A stretch of 64,000 nucleotides of DNA. It comes from Clostridia bacterium. Lineage in GTDB: Bacteria; Bacillota; Clostridia; Oscillospirales; CAG-272. The translations under genes and the position numbers were made by a program. The stretch spans positions 39,278 to 103,277 of the forward strand of contig JAFVRG010000002.1 of NCBI GenBank assembly GCA_017504405.1, read 5' to 3'. The notes below the pieces were generated by a model. That model searched no databases. It had not been told where the DNA came from and saw only the letters and a list, made by a program, of their open reading frames with translations. Shown here piece after piece: positions 28,976-38,261 of this stretch; positions within the stretch are counted from its first letter, which is position 1, and every line of letters starts with the position of its first letter.

Positions 28976-29447
28976 TCTGCACCTCACTAATCCTCACACA
29001 TTCTGCCGTAGCGGTAAAATCGGGGAAACGCAGATACATAACACGCCCGATTTTGAGGTTGTATCCGCCAACCGTTATATCGGTTTCTCCTATATCCGCC
29101 ATTGCGGTGACGGTGACGTAAATATCCACGTATCCGTCTATTTTTTCGGTGGACGGTATTCCGTCGGTTAACCTTTCAACCGTTGACGGATGCACGCTAA
29201 CCTGTCCGGCGTGCCCGATACTGCGCTTTCCCACCGAATCTATAACCTCGTCCCCCTCGGATATGAAGCGGGACATATCCTCTCTGACCTCCGCTATGCG
29301 TACGGTATATTCTATTTTTGAGCTGTCATCAGTCCTTTTGCCCTTGACGAGCCTGACGAATGAGCTTATCAAGAGCGACACCGCCAAAATAACGGCGAGC
29401 AGGATAAAAAAATCTATAACCGCTCTTCTTTCAATTTTCTCTTTCAT
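28965..29447 (-). CDS. DUF4330-like membrane-anchored protein
   Basis: IDFFILL TM, IEYTV, EGDEVID, DIYVTV, GGYNLKIG pattern. Confidence 0.6.
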   Translation of the reverse strand: MKEKIERRAVIDFFILLAVILAVSLLISSFVRLVKGKRTDDSSKIEYTVRIAEVREDMSRFISEGDEVIDSVGKRSIGHAGQVSVHPSTVERLTDGIPSTEKIDGYVDIYVTVTAMADIGETDITVGGYNLKIGRVMYLRFPDFTATAECVRISEVQNEA

Positions 29448-29544
29448 AATTTCCCTCGTACCAAAAAGGGCATACCCCCTGTGCTTTTTGCGGTAAAAAA
29501 GCAGTCGCTTTACTATGCAAAACGACTGCTGAATTATTGAAATG

Positions 29545-31686
29545 TCATATTGAAGAGTCTACTTTTAATTGCTTTGACTGAGCATTGTGCTCGGCGTCGG
29601 CGGTAATGCTTTGCTCCTTTGTAAAGCGCCGTGCGGCGGTACATATTCCTATCGCAACGAAGAACAGGAAAAACAGCCGTCTGTCATACCATATATAATC
29701 GGTTGCACCGAAAACTATCAGCGCCATAACCGATATAAACGAGGCGTACCTTGCGTAGCGGATACTGGCGAGCTTGAGGTCGGGGAGCTTTGAGGTATTC
29801 ATCTGAACGAACACGAACAAAAGCAGAATGAATACGGTTATGCCGAAAATTCCCGTCTCAACGAAGCATTGCAAAAATATGTTGTGCAGATGAATTGCGC
29901 TTTCTGCGCCTGCCGTTGCGTAGTCGGGATATACCGAGGCAAATGACGAGCTGCCGCCTCCTATACCGATAAACAGGTAATCGGAAATCATGCGGATAGC
30001 CCCCTGCCATATCTGTATTCTGTAGCTGACCGAGGTGTCAAACGCACTCGAAAAAATCGAGTCGAAGCGAGTGAGTATAAAGCTCGGGAGCAGAAGAATT
30101 ATATACGGCACAATTGCAAATGCGACTATTATTCTGCGCATTCCCCTTCTGCGCTTGAAGAAGAGCATTGCCACAACCGAGAATATGAGTGCAAGATAGC
30201 CCGCCCTTGATTGCGTGAGACCTATTGCGGCGATAACGGCAACGAGGTTGAAGAGCCTCGGTATCAGAGCGATAGGACGCACGGATTTGTTTATCTCACC
30301 GATAACGAACGGCAGGGTGAAGATGAGGTACATTGCCAGAACGTTTGAGTTTGAAAACAGCGATACGATGCGTCCGTTTTCAGTACCGAAGATAGCTGTA
30401 TCAAGCCAGCGCACCTCGGCTCTGCCTGTAAAAAATTCAACTATTCCGACAGCCGAAACGATGAATGCGGACAGCGATATTACCTTACATATCGAAACGA
30501 GATTTCGCTCGGATTTGAGCAGGTTAGCGGCGAGGAAATATCCGCACAAAAGAACGAGAAGAATGATGGATTCCCCGAACGCAGGCTCGCCGCCTATCGA
30601 GGTTATGCCCGAAAGGAAATATATAATGGCGAACATCAGCACGTAAAAATCTATCGGCTCGAAGGCGAAACTTCTCTTTCTCAGCATGAGCTTGCGCAGG
30701 TAGCACAGACCGCACAGTCCCGTCAGTACGGCTATCGGCAATGTCTTACGGGCGAAAAATACCGTAAACGGCAGAATCAGCACCGTGAAGTTAAAGCAGA
30801 ACTCGGGAGACGAGAATGAGAGTAGAAGAAATATGAATACAAGGACAACCAACCACACAATATGCGCCGAAACAAATACCGTGAACAGTCCGAGCAGAGC
30901 GCCCATAACCGAGAAAATTGCGGCGTACAGAGCCCTTGTGCGCACAGGCGTATGAGCCTCGGTGTCGGTTAGCCTGTATCCCAAAAAGCTGACGAACACA
31001 GCCCGTATGACACGGCTCTCCGAGAACGCTCCCGATAGCGAGCGGTCCGAGGTTACGAGGAAGGTTGCGAGTATCATTGCGCACATTCCGTAGATAAAGT
31101 AGAAAATGTTGACGGTGGTTGAAAAATCAATTACCGCAAAATCAAATATATACAAAGCAGAGCTGACTATTGCGTATGCGACCAGCATAATACCGTAGTA
31201 TTTTGCGCTGAGCGACAGAAGCCTGTATATAGTATTCTGCATAATCTTAGAAATTATGCCGTTGTCAAGCATATAGAAGAAGCGAGTTGCGCCTTTCGGC
31301 TGCTCGTGCCTGTCTACAGCCTTTCCAACCGAGCTCTCGGCAAGAGCATTTGCTTGCTTATCATAGCCGAACAAAAATCTTCCGAGTGAGCTGCCACGTA
31401 TCTCCTCTCGCACCGAGGAGAGCTTTCTCCTTATGGGGGACCTTTTAGGGTGTGCAGCGCCCGTGTCCGAGCCGTCGCCCGAGCCGACACCGTTATCGGC
31501 GTTTTCCTGCGAGCTGTCGGTGCTGTCGGAGCTGACGGATTTGAGGTATTCCTCAAAATCACGCTGCTTTTTGTTTCTGGCAGCGAGATTGCTCTCTATA
31601 TCACTGTATTCCAGAGGCTCCTCTATCACGGGAACATCTGAAATATCTTCAAGAAAATCCGAGGTATCGCCGTTATCTGTCCTCAT
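29545..31686 (-). CDS. O-antigen ligase/Wzy_C-family membrane protein with long N-terminal extension
   Basis: RIVSLFSNSN, TQSRAG, YRIQIW, GIG, HLHNIFLQ...ETGIFG. Confidence 0.82.
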   Translation of the reverse strand: MRTDNGDTSDFLEDISDVPVIEEPLEYSDIESNLAARNKKQRDFEEYLKSVSSDSTDSSQENADNGVGSGDGSDTGAAHPKRSPIRRKLSSVREEIRGSSLGRFLFGYDKQANALAESSVGKAVDRHEQPKGATRFFYMLDNGIISKIMQNTIYRLLSLSAKYYGIMLVAYAIVSSALYIFDFAVIDFSTTVNIFYFIYGMCAMILATFLVTSDRSLSGAFSESRVIRAVFVSFLGYRLTDTEAHTPVRTRALYAAIFSVMGALLGLFTVFVSAHIVWLVVLVFIFLLLSFSSPEFCFNFTVLILPFTVFFARKTLPIAVLTGLCGLCYLRKLMLRKRSFAFEPIDFYVLMFAIIYFLSGITSIGGEPAFGESIILLVLLCGYFLAANLLKSERNLVSICKVISLSAFIVSAVGIVEFFTGRAEVRWLDTAIFGTENGRIVSLFSNSNVLAMYLIFTLPFVIGEINKSVRPIALIPRLFNLVAVIAAIGLTQSRAGYLALIFSVVAMLFFKRRRGMRRIIVAFAIVPYIILLLPSFILTRFDSIFSSAFDTSVSYRIQIWQGAIRMISDYLFIGIGGGSSSFASVYPDYATAGAESAIHLHNIFLQCFVETGIFGITVFILLLFVFVQMNTSKLPDLKLASIRYARYASFISVMALIVFGATDYIWYDRRLFFLFFVAIGICTAARRFTKEQSITADAEHNAQSKQLKVDSSI

Positions 31687-31696
31687 GGAAGTCTCC

Positions 31697-32422
31697 TTAT
31701 CTCTTTTTCTTTTCCTTTGGGGGATTGTTTTTTATGTATTCCTCATACATATCGGGGCGGCGCTCACGTGTCAGCTCGAGCGAGCGCTCGTGCCGCCACT
31801 CGGCAATTTTTGCATGGTTTCCCGATATTAGAACGTCGGGCACCTTTTTGCCCATAAACTCATAGGGTCTTGTATATTGCGGGTATTCGAGCAGCCCTGC
31901 GGATATGCTCTCGTCCTCATAGCACTGTGCGTCTGGCAAAACGCCCTCAACCATTCTCGAAATGCAATCCACGAGAACGCAGGCAGGCAATTCTCCGCCG
32001 CTGAGCACGTAGTCTCCTATGGATATTTCCTCATCGACTATCTCGTCGATAATCCTCTGGTCGATGCCCTCATAGTGACCGCAAAGAATTATTATATCAT
32101 CATACTCACATAGCTCCTTTGCCCTTGTCTGGGTGAGAACTCTGCCCTTCGGTGACATATATATCACTCTCGTTTTTGCGTCGCTTGGAACGGTGGATAA
32201 AATTGCCTTGTAGCACTCGTAAATCGGGTCGGTTGCCATCAGCATACCCATGCCGCCGCCGTAGGGGGTGTCATCAACGCTCTTGTGCTTGTTGAAGGCA
32301 TAGTCACGTATGTTGTGAGTATTTATTTCGAGGATTTCGTTTTTCTGCGCCCTGCCGATTATGCTTGAATCCAGCATCCCCCTCACCGCATCGGGGAAAA
32401 GGGTCATTATATCAAATCTCAT
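31697..32422 (-). CDS. trmD: tRNA (m1G37) methyltransferase
   Basis: VDDTPYGGG, CGHYEGID, SIGDYVLSGGE, YPQYTRP. Confidence 0.96.
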   Translation of the reverse strand: MRFDIMTLFPDAVRGMLDSSIIGRAQKNEILEINTHNIRDYAFNKHKSVDDTPYGGGMGMLMATDPIYECYKAILSTVPSDAKTRVIYMSPKGRVLTQTRAKELCEYDDIIILCGHYEGIDQRIIDEIVDEEISIGDYVLSGGELPACVLVDCISRMVEGVLPDAQCYEDESISAGLLEYPQYTRPYEFMGKKVPDVLISGNHAKIAEWRHERSLELTRERRPDMYEEYIKNNPPKEKKKR

Positions 32423-32924
32423 CGAAAAAGCCGGGTATAGGGCGAATGAATACGCCTCGCTCTATATCAATCTCCTTTATAAATTCCTTGACAGCGGGGA
32501 AAAGCACGTCGCCGCTATCGGTGCGCACCGTGTAGATGTACGATGCAGGCGACTGTTGAACGTCGGTCACCCTGCCGTATACACGGCCCGTGTCGGCGTC
32601 AATTACGGAAAGCCCGATTATGTCGGCAAGGAATACCTCGCCCTCGCCCCTCGGAACGCTGTCCCTGTCGGCGTAAACGGTTTTTGTCTTCAAAGCCTCT
32701 GCCTTTTCAACCGTGTCGATGCCGTCGAGCGTGGCTATAACCGTATCCTTATATACCGATGCCTTGATTATCTTGTGCGGCTCGTATCCACCTGCAATTT
32801 TCAGGTAAATACAGGGCAGCTTTGCCAGCACCGAGGGGCTGTTGCAGTAGGATTCGAGCTTCACCGCACCCCTGACACCGTGTGTATTTATTATTTTACC
32901 GCATTCAAGGTATAAGTCCTTCAT
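32412..32924 (-). CDS. rimM: Ribosome maturation factor RimM
   Basis: GKIINTHGVRG, PRC barrel; upstream of trmD. Confidence 0.92.
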   Translation of the reverse strand: MKDLYLECGKIINTHGVRGAVKLESYCNSPSVLAKLPCIYLKIAGGYEPHKIIKASVYKDTVIATLDGIDTVEKAEALKTKTVYADRDSVPRGEGEVFLADIIGLSVIDADTGRVYGRVTDVQQSPASYIYTVRTDSGDVLFPAVKEFIKEIDIERGVFIRPIPGFFDEI

Positions 32925-32949
32925 AAAATCTCCGTAAAGTCCGAATCAA

Positions 32950-33030
32950 AGCTGTATCTACGCCTTTTAGAGCCACACTCACGCCTTAGAGCCACACTCA
33001 CGCCTTAGAGCTGCACTTGCGCCTTTTTAG
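32950..33030. repeat. Tandem repeat, 4 units of 19-22 bp
   Basis: AGCCACACTCACGCCTTAG twice (32971-33008) flanked by two degenerate units. Confidence 0.85.
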
Positions 33031-33116
33031 AATCGGATATGCATCTTTATTTTATTAGTATAGCACATATTTTTAAAAAATTCAACCCCCTTATTATATG
33101 CGCAGGTTTGGAACTG

Positions 33117-34214
33117 TTACCCTCTCTCCCGACACACGAGGGATTCATATACGTCCGTGTATTCTTCTGCCATTCTATCGGGGGTGAAATGCGAGAGGTA
33201 GCGTGCCCTTGCGCCTGCCGAGAGTGAGTCCAAGCGGTGGGGATTTTCTTTAAGCGACAGAATGGCATCTGCAAGCGCCCCTGCATCCCTTGCAGGAAAT
33301 ATTATGCCGCTTCCCTCGTCTATCATATCTGGGTTGCCGCCGAAATCGCTGACAATACAGGGAACTCCGAGGCTCATTGCCTCGGATAGGGCAAGGCAGG
33401 AGGTTTCCGTGCCAAAGGAGGCGCTTATCACAACGTCAAAAATGTTGAGGTATCTGTATACGTCCTGGCAAAAGCCTAAGAAACGCACACAGTCAACCCC
33501 CTGTGCATAATCTCGCAGCTCACTCTCCGCAGAGCCACTGCCAAGAAAGAAAAATTTTATCCCCCTGTCGCACAAGAGCCTTGCGGCATCAATAACCGTT
33601 TTGTGTCCCTTGTATTCTTCAAGTCGAGCTATCATTCCTACGCATAGCTCCCCACGCCTTATACCAAGGCTCTCTTTGAGCGCCCTCTTTTCATTCTCGC
33701 CAATTTCCTTTTGCGGAAGCGATGCGTTTATTATTACACGGATTTTGCTTTCATCAACGCCCATTGAGAGCAGATTTTCCTTTGCCGCCTCTGCCGTTGC
33801 GATGCAAAAATCGGTATATTTTCCGTAAACTCTCGAATTTATCTGCCGAAACGGAAATTTGTTCATAATCTTAGGCTCGAATGCGCAATGCCGTGTCATG
33901 ACGGTTGTTTTGCCGAGCATTTTCGCTCCTATACGTGCAGAGGTTGCACCGTGAGTGTGAACTATATCGCACGGGATTTTTGAAATCGCTTTTTTATACT
34001 TGAAAATGTCGGGAATATGCAGAGAGCTATCTCCCTTCACGTTTGTTTCATAAACGGGGCATAGCGGCGAGAGGATGGGTGCGAGGGCACTCCCCTTCGG
34101 TAGCAATACCGCCGAGGATATTACCTCTTTATCAAGCGATAAAAGCAGATTTTTTAGCAAAATTCCCGCCCCTCCGATATTTGTGTCGGTGATTATATGA
34201 AGAACTTTTATCAT
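33117..34214 (-). CDS. Glycosyltransferase family 4 (GT-B)
   Basis: NIGGAG, DIVHTH, ARLEEYKGH, ETSCLALSEAM (E-x7-E); probable start ATG 34214. Confidence 0.88.
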   Translation of the reverse strand: MIKVLHIITDTNIGGAGILLKNLLLSLDKEVISSAVLLPKGSALAPILSPLCPVYETNVKGDSSLHIPDIFKYKKAISKIPCDIVHTHGATSARIGAKMLGKTTVMTRHCAFEPKIMNKFPFRQINSRVYGKYTDFCIATAEAAKENLLSMGVDESKIRVIINASLPQKEIGENEKRALKESLGIRRGELCVGMIARLEEYKGHKTVIDAARLLCDRGIKFFFLGSGSAESELRDYAQGVDCVRFLGFCQDVYRYLNIFDVVISASFGTETSCLALSEAMSLGVPCIVSDFGGNPDMIDEGSGIIFPARDAGALADAILSLKENPHRLDSLSAGARARYLSHFTPDRMAEEYTDVYESLVCRERG

Positions 34215-34381
34215 AAAAACCTCTTTTGCAAATGTAAACATATATTTACATTTAACCGTTTTAACCCTGTTTTTTAGAACAAAAATGGCGCAAAACCGCA
34301 AAAACATTCCGAAAAACGGAGCAAATGCAGTATTGCACCCTTTATTTTAGCTTGACCTGTTTTGACTTTCAGGGCTTTGTG

Positions 34382-34840
34382 CTATTTTTTGCGTTTTTGC
34401 CTGAAATATTCACCGAGTATGCCCTTACATTCATCGGAAAGGCAACCGCCCTCGCTCACTACCCTGTGATTGAGCCTTAACTCGCTTGCATTTATGACAG
34501 AGCCAAAGCCACCCGACTTCTCATCGTATGCGCCGAATACGACACGGTTAATTCTCGCATTGACAATTGCCCCTGCACACATTATGCACGGCTCGAGAGT
34601 AACGTAGAGCGTGCAGTCGGGCAGACGCCAGCCGCCGAGCGTGCGGCACGCATTCTCTATTGCGATAATTTCCGCATGCTTTGTTGCGCATTTTTCGGTT
34701 TCCCTCATATTGTGAGCCGAGGCTATTATTTCCTCGTTATGCACTATGAGTGCGCCGACAGGCACCTCGTCGAGCTCTGCCGCCTGCTTTGCAAGGGAGA
34801 GGCACTTTTTCATATATTCAACGTCCTTTTCGTCTATCAC
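34382..34840 (-). CDS. tadA: tRNA adenosine(34) deaminase
   Basis: EVPVGA, HAE, TLEPCIMC. Confidence 0.9.
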   Translation of the reverse strand: MIDEKDVEYMKKCLSLAKQAAELDEVPVGALIVHNEEIIASAHNMRETEKCATKHAEIIAIENACRTLGGWRLPDCTLYVTLEPCIMCAGAIVNARINRVVFGAYDEKSGGFGSVINASELRLNHRVVSEGGCLSDECKGILGEYFRQKRKK

Positions 34841-34914
34841 GGTACGGCAACGCTCCTTTTCGGTATTTTACAGTTAAATGATACCGCAAAAGCGAGGAAT
34901 AGTCAAGAAAAAGA

Positions 34915-34943
34915 TTGACACAAACTTATGTTTATGTTAAAAT
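34915..34943 (+). promoter_or_regulatory. Sigma-A promoter
   Basis: TTGACA-17 nt-TAAAAT; the ORF track's TTG start is really this -35 box. Confidence 0.6.
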
Positions 34944-34968
34944 AACAAAAAAACACGGAGAAAGAAAT

Positions 34969-35631
34969 ATGAAGACACTTGAATTCCAGGCTAAGGGTGA
35001 GGAATACGGCTACTTAGTATATCTTCCCAACAATTACGACGAAAATAAGCTATATCCCCTCATAGTTTCCCTGCACGGTGCAGGCGAGCGAGGAAACGGC
35101 AGCAGCGAATTGCGTGTTCTTGAAAAGATAGGCTATTCCAGATATTTTAAGGAAGGGCTTTTAGAGGTGGATGCGATAGTTGTAACGCCCCAGTGCCCCC
35201 AGGGAACAGTATGGAATCAGCACGTATTCAAGGTAAAGGCATTCATTGATAAAATCATATCCGAATACAACGTAGACGAAAACAGAGTCAGCCTTACGGG
35301 TATGTCCATGGGCGGCTTTGGCACCTGGGAAATGGCAATGACGTTTCCCGATATGTTCTCGGCAATTGCTCCTGTATGCGGCGGCGGTATGGCGTGGAGA
35401 GCGCCCGCCCTCAAGGGTATGCCCGTGTGGGCATTCCACGGCGATGCTGACGGAACGGTCAATATCTCCAATTCGGTTGAAATGGTAAATGCGGCGAGGT
35501 ATTACTCCGCAAACGTAAAATTCACCGTATTCAACGGAGTCGGTCATAACTCCTGGGACGGAGCATATCTCGACACGACGGTGTCCGAGTGGCTGATTTC
35601 ACACGATAGGCGGATAAGATTTGAAAAGTGA
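34969..35631 (+). CDS. Alpha/beta hydrolase (predicted peptidase/phospholipase-esterase)
   Basis: LHGAGERG, GMSMGG nucleophile elbow, HGDAD, GHNSW. Confidence 0.85.
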   Translation: MKTLEFQAKGEEYGYLVYLPNNYDENKLYPLIVSLHGAGERGNGSSELRVLEKIGYSRYFKEGLLEVDAIVVTPQCPQGTVWNQHVFKVKAFIDKIISEYNVDENRVSLTGMSMGGFGTWEMAMTFPDMFSAIAPVCGGGMAWRAPALKGMPVWAFHGDADGTVNISNSVEMVNAARYYSANVKFTVFNGVGHNSWDGAYLDTTVSEWLISHDRRIRFEK

Positions 35632-35687
35632 AAAAACGGCAGAGAATTTTCTGTTCTCTGCCGTTTTTTCATAGTGTGCGGCTGCTT

Positions 35688-35870
35688 TCACTTTTTGCTC
35701 TTTTCCTCTTCCTTCTTTTCAGGAGCAGTTGCCAAAAAACTCCCACAACCGTCGCCGTGCTGATTATTGGTAGCGCCCCTAATCGGGTTGAAATTTCCAA
35801 CAACCATCTCGGTGTGCGCACGGTTGGGGGGTAGTACGACCCTTTTGCCATCTTTTTTATCACCCTTCAT
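35688..35870 (-). CDS. Small hypothetical protein, 60 aa
   Basis: GAGGTG RBS just before ATG; bracketed by hairpins at ~35631-35668 and ~35925-35958. Confidence 0.5.
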   Translation of the reverse strand: MKGDKKDGKRVVLPPNRAHTEMVVGNFNPIRGATNNQHGDGCGSFLATAPEKKEEEKSKK

Positions 35871-35959
35871 AAAATCACCTCGACACTATTTTTTACAAAA
35901 AAGCTCGGAGTTATTCACAAATTAAGAAAGACGGAGCATTTTTTGCTCCGCCTTTTTCA

Positions 35960-37069
35960 TTATTTCAAAATTATCTTTTCGTCGGATATAGTTTTGAGAA
36001 CTCTTTTCGCCATTGACAAAAATCCGATGTCGGTCGGGTGTATTCCGTCAACGGTTGACAATTCTCGGTATTTATCCTCAAACAGCTCGTGACCGTCTAT
36101 AAAATACACGTTTTTGTCCCCACTCGCAATTGCGCTCTCATAGGTTTCTCTCACTATTGACGTGCGCTCCGCCTTGTCGGGGTGCCTGTCTCTGTCGGGA
36201 CGTGACATCATAATTATCGGCAGGCTTGGGTGGGCTGCACGGATTTTTTCAAACATAGGCTTATGCGTTTTGCGTAAAAACTCCGCGCTCGGTGCATTGT
36301 GGTCGTAATCGTAGACGAATAGGCTCATATCGAGCGATGCTATATAATCGGTTATCGCCGCCTCCCCACGTGCGTTGCCTGAAAAACCGAGGTTGATAAA
36401 ATCCGAATCGAGCTCGCCTGCAACAATAGCACAGTAGCACGTGCTCGGTCTGGTAGCGGCGCACCCCTGCGTGATTGACGAGCCGTAAAACACAATGGGG
36501 GTCTTGTGTGAATACTGACCGCCCTCGGCAATTTTTGCATCGGGGGCAACGCCGATTTCCATACTGTCAACGCTGGAATAGAGGGGCATATAAACTGTTA
36601 TATCCCTCATGCCGTCCTCTGTGGGTGCGGGTAAAGCAAAGGTCGACATAGCGCAGAATACGGGCTCAACGCTGAAAACAGGTGTAAAACCGTCGTAGCC
36701 TATGGGAGGAAACAGCGCACGCTCGTGATAACCGTCGGCGTAAACGTCAAAGCCGAGCGAGCCCGCCATAGCCTCGTGCGGCATTACGCTCGAATGCCCC
36801 ATTTTTGCTCTCACGGATATGTATGGCGAATCGGTTTTAAAGCGCACACGCCCACCTGTGGTGTTGGCGTGATGAAAATGCGCTCCGTCACTCATACCCT
36901 TGGCAACACTCTCGGGGATTCTCCTGAATACAGGCTCGGTCAGAGGCTCGTAAAGTCCGTATATTTTAAACGGAGGCTTGCGCACGTCGTAAAAGACGGT
37001 ATCCTCTTTCTGACCCTTGGGTATTATGAGATTTTTGTCGGCGGTTGCCGACGAGAGCTTCTTTTCCAT
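35960..37069 (-). CDS. SGNH/GDSL hydrolase with N-terminal GxDLY-type domain
   Basis: GFDVY, GSSITQG, NLGFSGN, DYDHN, DGIHP. Confidence 0.85.
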   Translation of the reverse strand: MEKKLSSATADKNLIIPKGQKEDTVFYDVRKPPFKIYGLYEPLTEPVFRRIPESVAKGMSDGAHFHHANTTGGRVRFKTDSPYISVRAKMGHSSVMPHEAMAGSLGFDVYADGYHERALFPPIGYDGFTPVFSVEPVFCAMSTFALPAPTEDGMRDITVYMPLYSSVDSMEIGVAPDAKIAEGGQYSHKTPIVFYGSSITQGCAATRPSTCYCAIVAGELDSDFINLGFSGNARGEAAITDYIASLDMSLFVYDYDHNAPSAEFLRKTHKPMFEKIRAAHPSLPIIMMSRPDRDRHPDKAERTSIVRETYESAIASGDKNVYFIDGHELFEDKYRELSTVDGIHPTDIGFLSMAKRVLKTISDEKIILK

Positions 37070-37200
37070 AGCAAACACCCCCTTGGTTTTATCCATTTTA
37101 TCACACCTGTGTGCACAGGTCAATAATTTTTTTCGCTTTTGTTGAATTTATAATTCAAAAATGGTATAATGTTTTAAAGATATACTCGGAGGAGGCTCGT

Positions 37201-37896
37201 ATGGAAACAGAAGAAATACTCAGCAGGTGCGACCACACGCTCCTGTCGCAGAGCGCAACATGGAAGGAAATGAAAGAGGTGTGCGACGACGGAATGAGGT
37301 ACAAAACCGCATCGGTTTGTATCCCCCCTGCATTTGTAAAAAGGGCGAAGGAGTACGTGGGCGACAGGCTCGCTATATGTACGGTTATCGGCTTTCCCAA
37401 CGGATACAGCACAACCGAGGTAAAATGCTTTGAGGCGGAAAATGCGGTTGAAAACGGTGCAGACGAGATAGATATGGTTATAAATATTGGTGAGCTTCGT
37501 GCCAAAAATACCGAATACGTGGAAAATGAAATAGCGAGGGTTAAAGAGGCGTGCAAGGGCAGAATTTTAAAGGTTATAATTGAGACCTGTCTCCTCACCG
37601 ATGAGGAGAAAATCGCAATGTGCGAAATCGTCGCACGGGCGGGAGCCGATTATATAAAAACCTCTACAGGCTTTTCGAGCGGCGGCGCAACGAGAGAGGA
37701 CGTGGCTCTCATGCGTGAGCATACGCCGAGCTATGTAAAGGTAAAGGCGGCGGGCGGAATATCCGACCTTGCCGATGCAATTGATTTCATAGCCCTTGGC
37801 GCAGATAGGCTCGGCACGAGCAGAGTGGTCAAGGCGGTAAAAATGCAGACGGAGGCGCAAAATGGAGAAATTAACTCTGATAAAAGCAGCTATTGA
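37201..37896 (+). CDS. deoC: Deoxyribose-phosphate aldolase
   Basis: DHTLL, TVIGFP, DEIDMV, KVIIET, KTSTGF, KAAGGI, RLGTS. Confidence 0.95.
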   Translation: METEEILSRCDHTLLSQSATWKEMKEVCDDGMRYKTASVCIPPAFVKRAKEYVGDRLAICTVIGFPNGYSTTEVKCFEAENAVENGADEIDMVINIGELRAKNTEYVENEIARVKEACKGRILKVIIETCLLTDEEKIAMCEIVARAGADYIKTSTGFSSGGATREDVALMREHTPSYVKVKAAGGISDLADAIDFIALGADRLGTSRVVKAVKMQTEAQNGEINSDKSSY

Positions 37897-38257
37897 GGCG
37901 AGAAAAAATGCGTATGCCCCTTATTCGGGCTTTTCTGTGGGTGCGGCGATTTTGTGCGAAAACGGGCAGATTTATACGGGCTGTAACGTGGAAAACAGCG
38001 CATACGGGGAAACTCTGTGCGCCGAGCGTGTTGCTTTCGGAAAGGCGATAAGCGAGGGCGAGCGCAGCTTTGTCGCAATAGCAATTGTCGGCGGAAAGGA
38101 CAGTGTAGATACCCCCTGTATGCCCTGCGGCTCTTGCAGACAGGCTATGGCTGAGCTCTGCAAAAAGGACTTTAAAATCATTCTCAAAAACGGCGACGGG
38201 GTGGCACAGTACACCCTCTCCGAGCTTTTGCCCCACGCATTCGGAATTGAGGTGTAA
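37862..38257 (+). CDS. cdd: Cytidine deaminase (tetrameric type)
   Basis: AYAPYS, GCNVEN, CAER, PCGSCRQ. Confidence 0.94.
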   Translation: MEKLTLIKAAIEARKNAYAPYSGFSVGAAILCENGQIYTGCNVENSAYGETLCAERVAFGKAISEGERSFVAIAIVGGKDSVDTPCMPCGSCRQAMAELCKKDFKIILKNGDGVAQYTLSELLPHAFGIEV

Positions 38258-38261
38258 AACA

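Noticed and set aside
32950-33030. Possible mini-CRISPR
   Set aside because: Units abut with no unique spacers, and there are no cas genes
34921-34934. LexA-like AAAC-N4-GTTT in a promoter spacer
   Set aside because: Weak match, and the flanking genes are not SOS genes
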